Made by a program: the position numbers and the translations under genes. A model generated the notes under the pieces. It was given only the letters and a program-made list of their open reading frames with translations. It was not told the origin of the DNA and did not search any database. From NCBI GenBank assembly GCA_963760105.1, contig CAVXBP010000014.1:56787-88786 (forward strand): a stretch of 32,000 bases of DNA, read 5' to 3'. The DNA comes from an uncultured Actinomycetota bacterium. GTDB lineage: Bacteria; Actinomycetota; Actinomycetes; Propionibacteriales; Nocardioidaceae. Of this stretch, positions 30,711-32,000 are shown one piece after another; the stretch's first letter is position 1, and the number at the start of each line of letters is the position of its first letter.

Positions 30711-32000
30711 TCAGACGTTGCGGCGATACTGGCCGCCGACTTCGAAGAACGCCTCGGTCACCTGTTGGAGTGAGCACACGCGTGCCGCGTCCATCAGCAC
30801 GGCGAAGACGTTGTCATCATTGATCGCGGCCTGGCGGAGTCGCTCGAGTGCCTCTGCAGCCTCGGTCGTGTGCGCCGCCTGGAAACCGCGCACCCGGCTG
30901 AGCTGGGACTCCTTCTCGGCTTCGGTCGCCCGGGCGAGCTCGACAGTGGGCGGTTCTGCGCCCTCCACCTCGGGCTTGCGGAACGTGTTGACGCCGATGA
31001 TCGGCAGCGAGCCGTCGTGCTTCTTGTGTTCGTACAACATCGACTCGTCCTGGATGCGCCCGCGCTGGTAGCCCGTCTCCATCGCACCCAGCACGCCGCC
31101 GCGCTCGTTGATCGCGTCGAACTCGGCCAGGACGGCCTTCTCGACGAGGTCGGTGAGCTCGTCGGTGATGAACGCGCCCTGGGTCGGGTTCTCGTTCATC
31201 GCGAGTCCCCACTCCTTGTTGATGATCATCTGGATCGCGAGCGCGCGGCGTACGGACTCCTCCGAGGGTGTCGTGACGGCTTCGTCGTAGGCGTTGGTGT
31301 GCAGGCTGCTGGCGTTGTCGTAGATCGCGATCAGAGCCTGAAGCGTCGTACGGATGTCGTTGAAGTCCATCTCCTGTGCGTGGAGCGACCTTCCGGACGT
31401 CTGTACGTGATATTTCATCTTTTGCGAGCGCTCGTTGGCGCCGTACTTCTCCTTCAGCGCGATCGCCCAGATGCGACGGGCAACCCGGCCGAGGACGGAG
31501 TACTCGGGGTCCATGCCGTTGGAGAAGAAGAACGACAGGTTGGGGGCGAAGTCGTCAATGTCCATGCCGCGCGCGAGGTAGGACTCGATGTAGGTGAACC
31601 CGTTGGACAGGGTGAAGGCGAGCTGGCTGATGGGGTTGGCTCCGGCTTCGGCGATGTGATAGCCCGAGATGCTGACGGAGTAGAAGTTCCGTACTCCCTC
31701 GTTGATGAAGTATTGCTGGATGTCGCCCATCATCCGCAGGCTGAACTCGGTGGAGAACAGGCAGGTGTTCTGCCCCTGGTCTTCCTTGAGAATGTCGGCC
31801 TGCACGGTTCCGCGAACGTTCTTGAGCGCGTACGACCTGAGCTCGGTGTACTCCTCGGGAGTTGGTTCGCGGTCGTTCTCCGCGCGGAAACGGTCGACCT
31901 GCTGGTCGATCACGGTATTGAGGAAGAACGCCAGAACGGTCGGTGCCGGCCCGTTGATCGTCATCGAAACCGAGGTCGAGGGTGCCACGAGGTCGAATCC
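30711..32000 (-). CDS. icmF: Fused isobutyryl-CoA mutase (IcmF-type) C-terminal B12-dependent mutase domain; the N-terminal part lies beyond the window
   Basis: [30 protein letters not shown]...[29 protein letters not shown]...[11 protein letters not shown] and the C-terminal [10 protein letters not shown]. The frame is open to position 32000. Confidence 0.75.
   Translation of the reverse strand, partial: GFDLVAPSTSVSMTINGPAPTVLAFFLNTVIDQQVDRFRAENDREPTPEEYTELRSYALKNVRGTVQADILKEDQGQNTCLFSTEFSLRMMGDIQQYFINEGVRNFYSVSISGYHIAEAGANPISQLAFTLSNGFTYIESYLARGMDIDDFAPNLSFFFSNGMDPEYSVLGRVARRIWAIALKEKYGANERSQKMKYHVQTSGRSLHAQEMDFNDIRTTLQALIAIYDNASSLHTNAYDEAVTTPSEESVRRALAIQMIINKEWGLAMNENPTQGAFITDELTDLVEKAVLAEFDAINERGGVLGAMETGYQRGRIQDESMLYEHKKHDGSLPIIGVNTFRKPEVEGAEPPTVELARATEAEKESQLSRVRGFQAAHTTEAAEALERLRQAAINDDNVFAVLMDAARVCSLQQVTEAFFEVGGQYRRNV

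Noticed and set aside
1-32000. Genomic island, mobile element, CRISPR or defence-system interpretation of the window
   Set aside because: I saw no integrase, transposase, flanking tRNA, terminal repeats, spacer-repeat periodicity or nuclease/helicase-type defence genes. Composition is uniformly high-GC apart from short promoter-like patches.

Overview
High-GC actinobacterial chromosomal segment with about 34 tightly packed protein-coding genes. I saw no rRNA, tRNA, CRISPR array, transposase or integrase. All family calls rest on motifs read by eye; no searches were run.

The centrepiece (13.6-23.2 kb, + strand) is a complete group 1h/5 'high-affinity' [NiFe]-hydrogenase locus. It comprises hypA, hypB, a Tat-less small subunit and a large subunit carrying the exact L1/L2 signatures TSRICGICGDNH and SFDPCLPCGVH. 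Downstream lies a chain of five ATGA-coupled accessory ORFs: a NifU/Rieske-like protein, three conserved unknowns and a 39-aa membrane peptide. These are followed by the maturation protease, hypC, and an unknown protein whose C-terminus looks like a second HypC. hypD, hypE and hypF are absent from the window. A FecBCD/BtuFCD-type ABC importer follows directly.

Divergent from hypA are a Fur-family regulator and a HoxN/NixA-type nickel permease broken by two +1 frameshifts.

Other content:
- An FMN-binding lipoprotein, ApbE and an RnfD-like/FNR fusion (a flavinylation electron-transfer module).
- A translationally coupled pair: a large polytopic membrane protein and a CrtI-like oxidoreductase.
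- menB, fprA, a 3-hydroxybutyryl-CoA dehydrogenase and a fused acyl-CoA reductase/SDR (partial).
- NDH-2 with a Lys/Ala/Pro-rich tail.
- A frameshifted, internally duplicated membrane protein.
- A minus-strand icmF (partial), DUF1345-like, thioesterase and signal-less BtuF-like operon.

All four reading-frame disruptions are single extra bases in G/C runs, so assembly error versus true pseudogenisation must be resolved.
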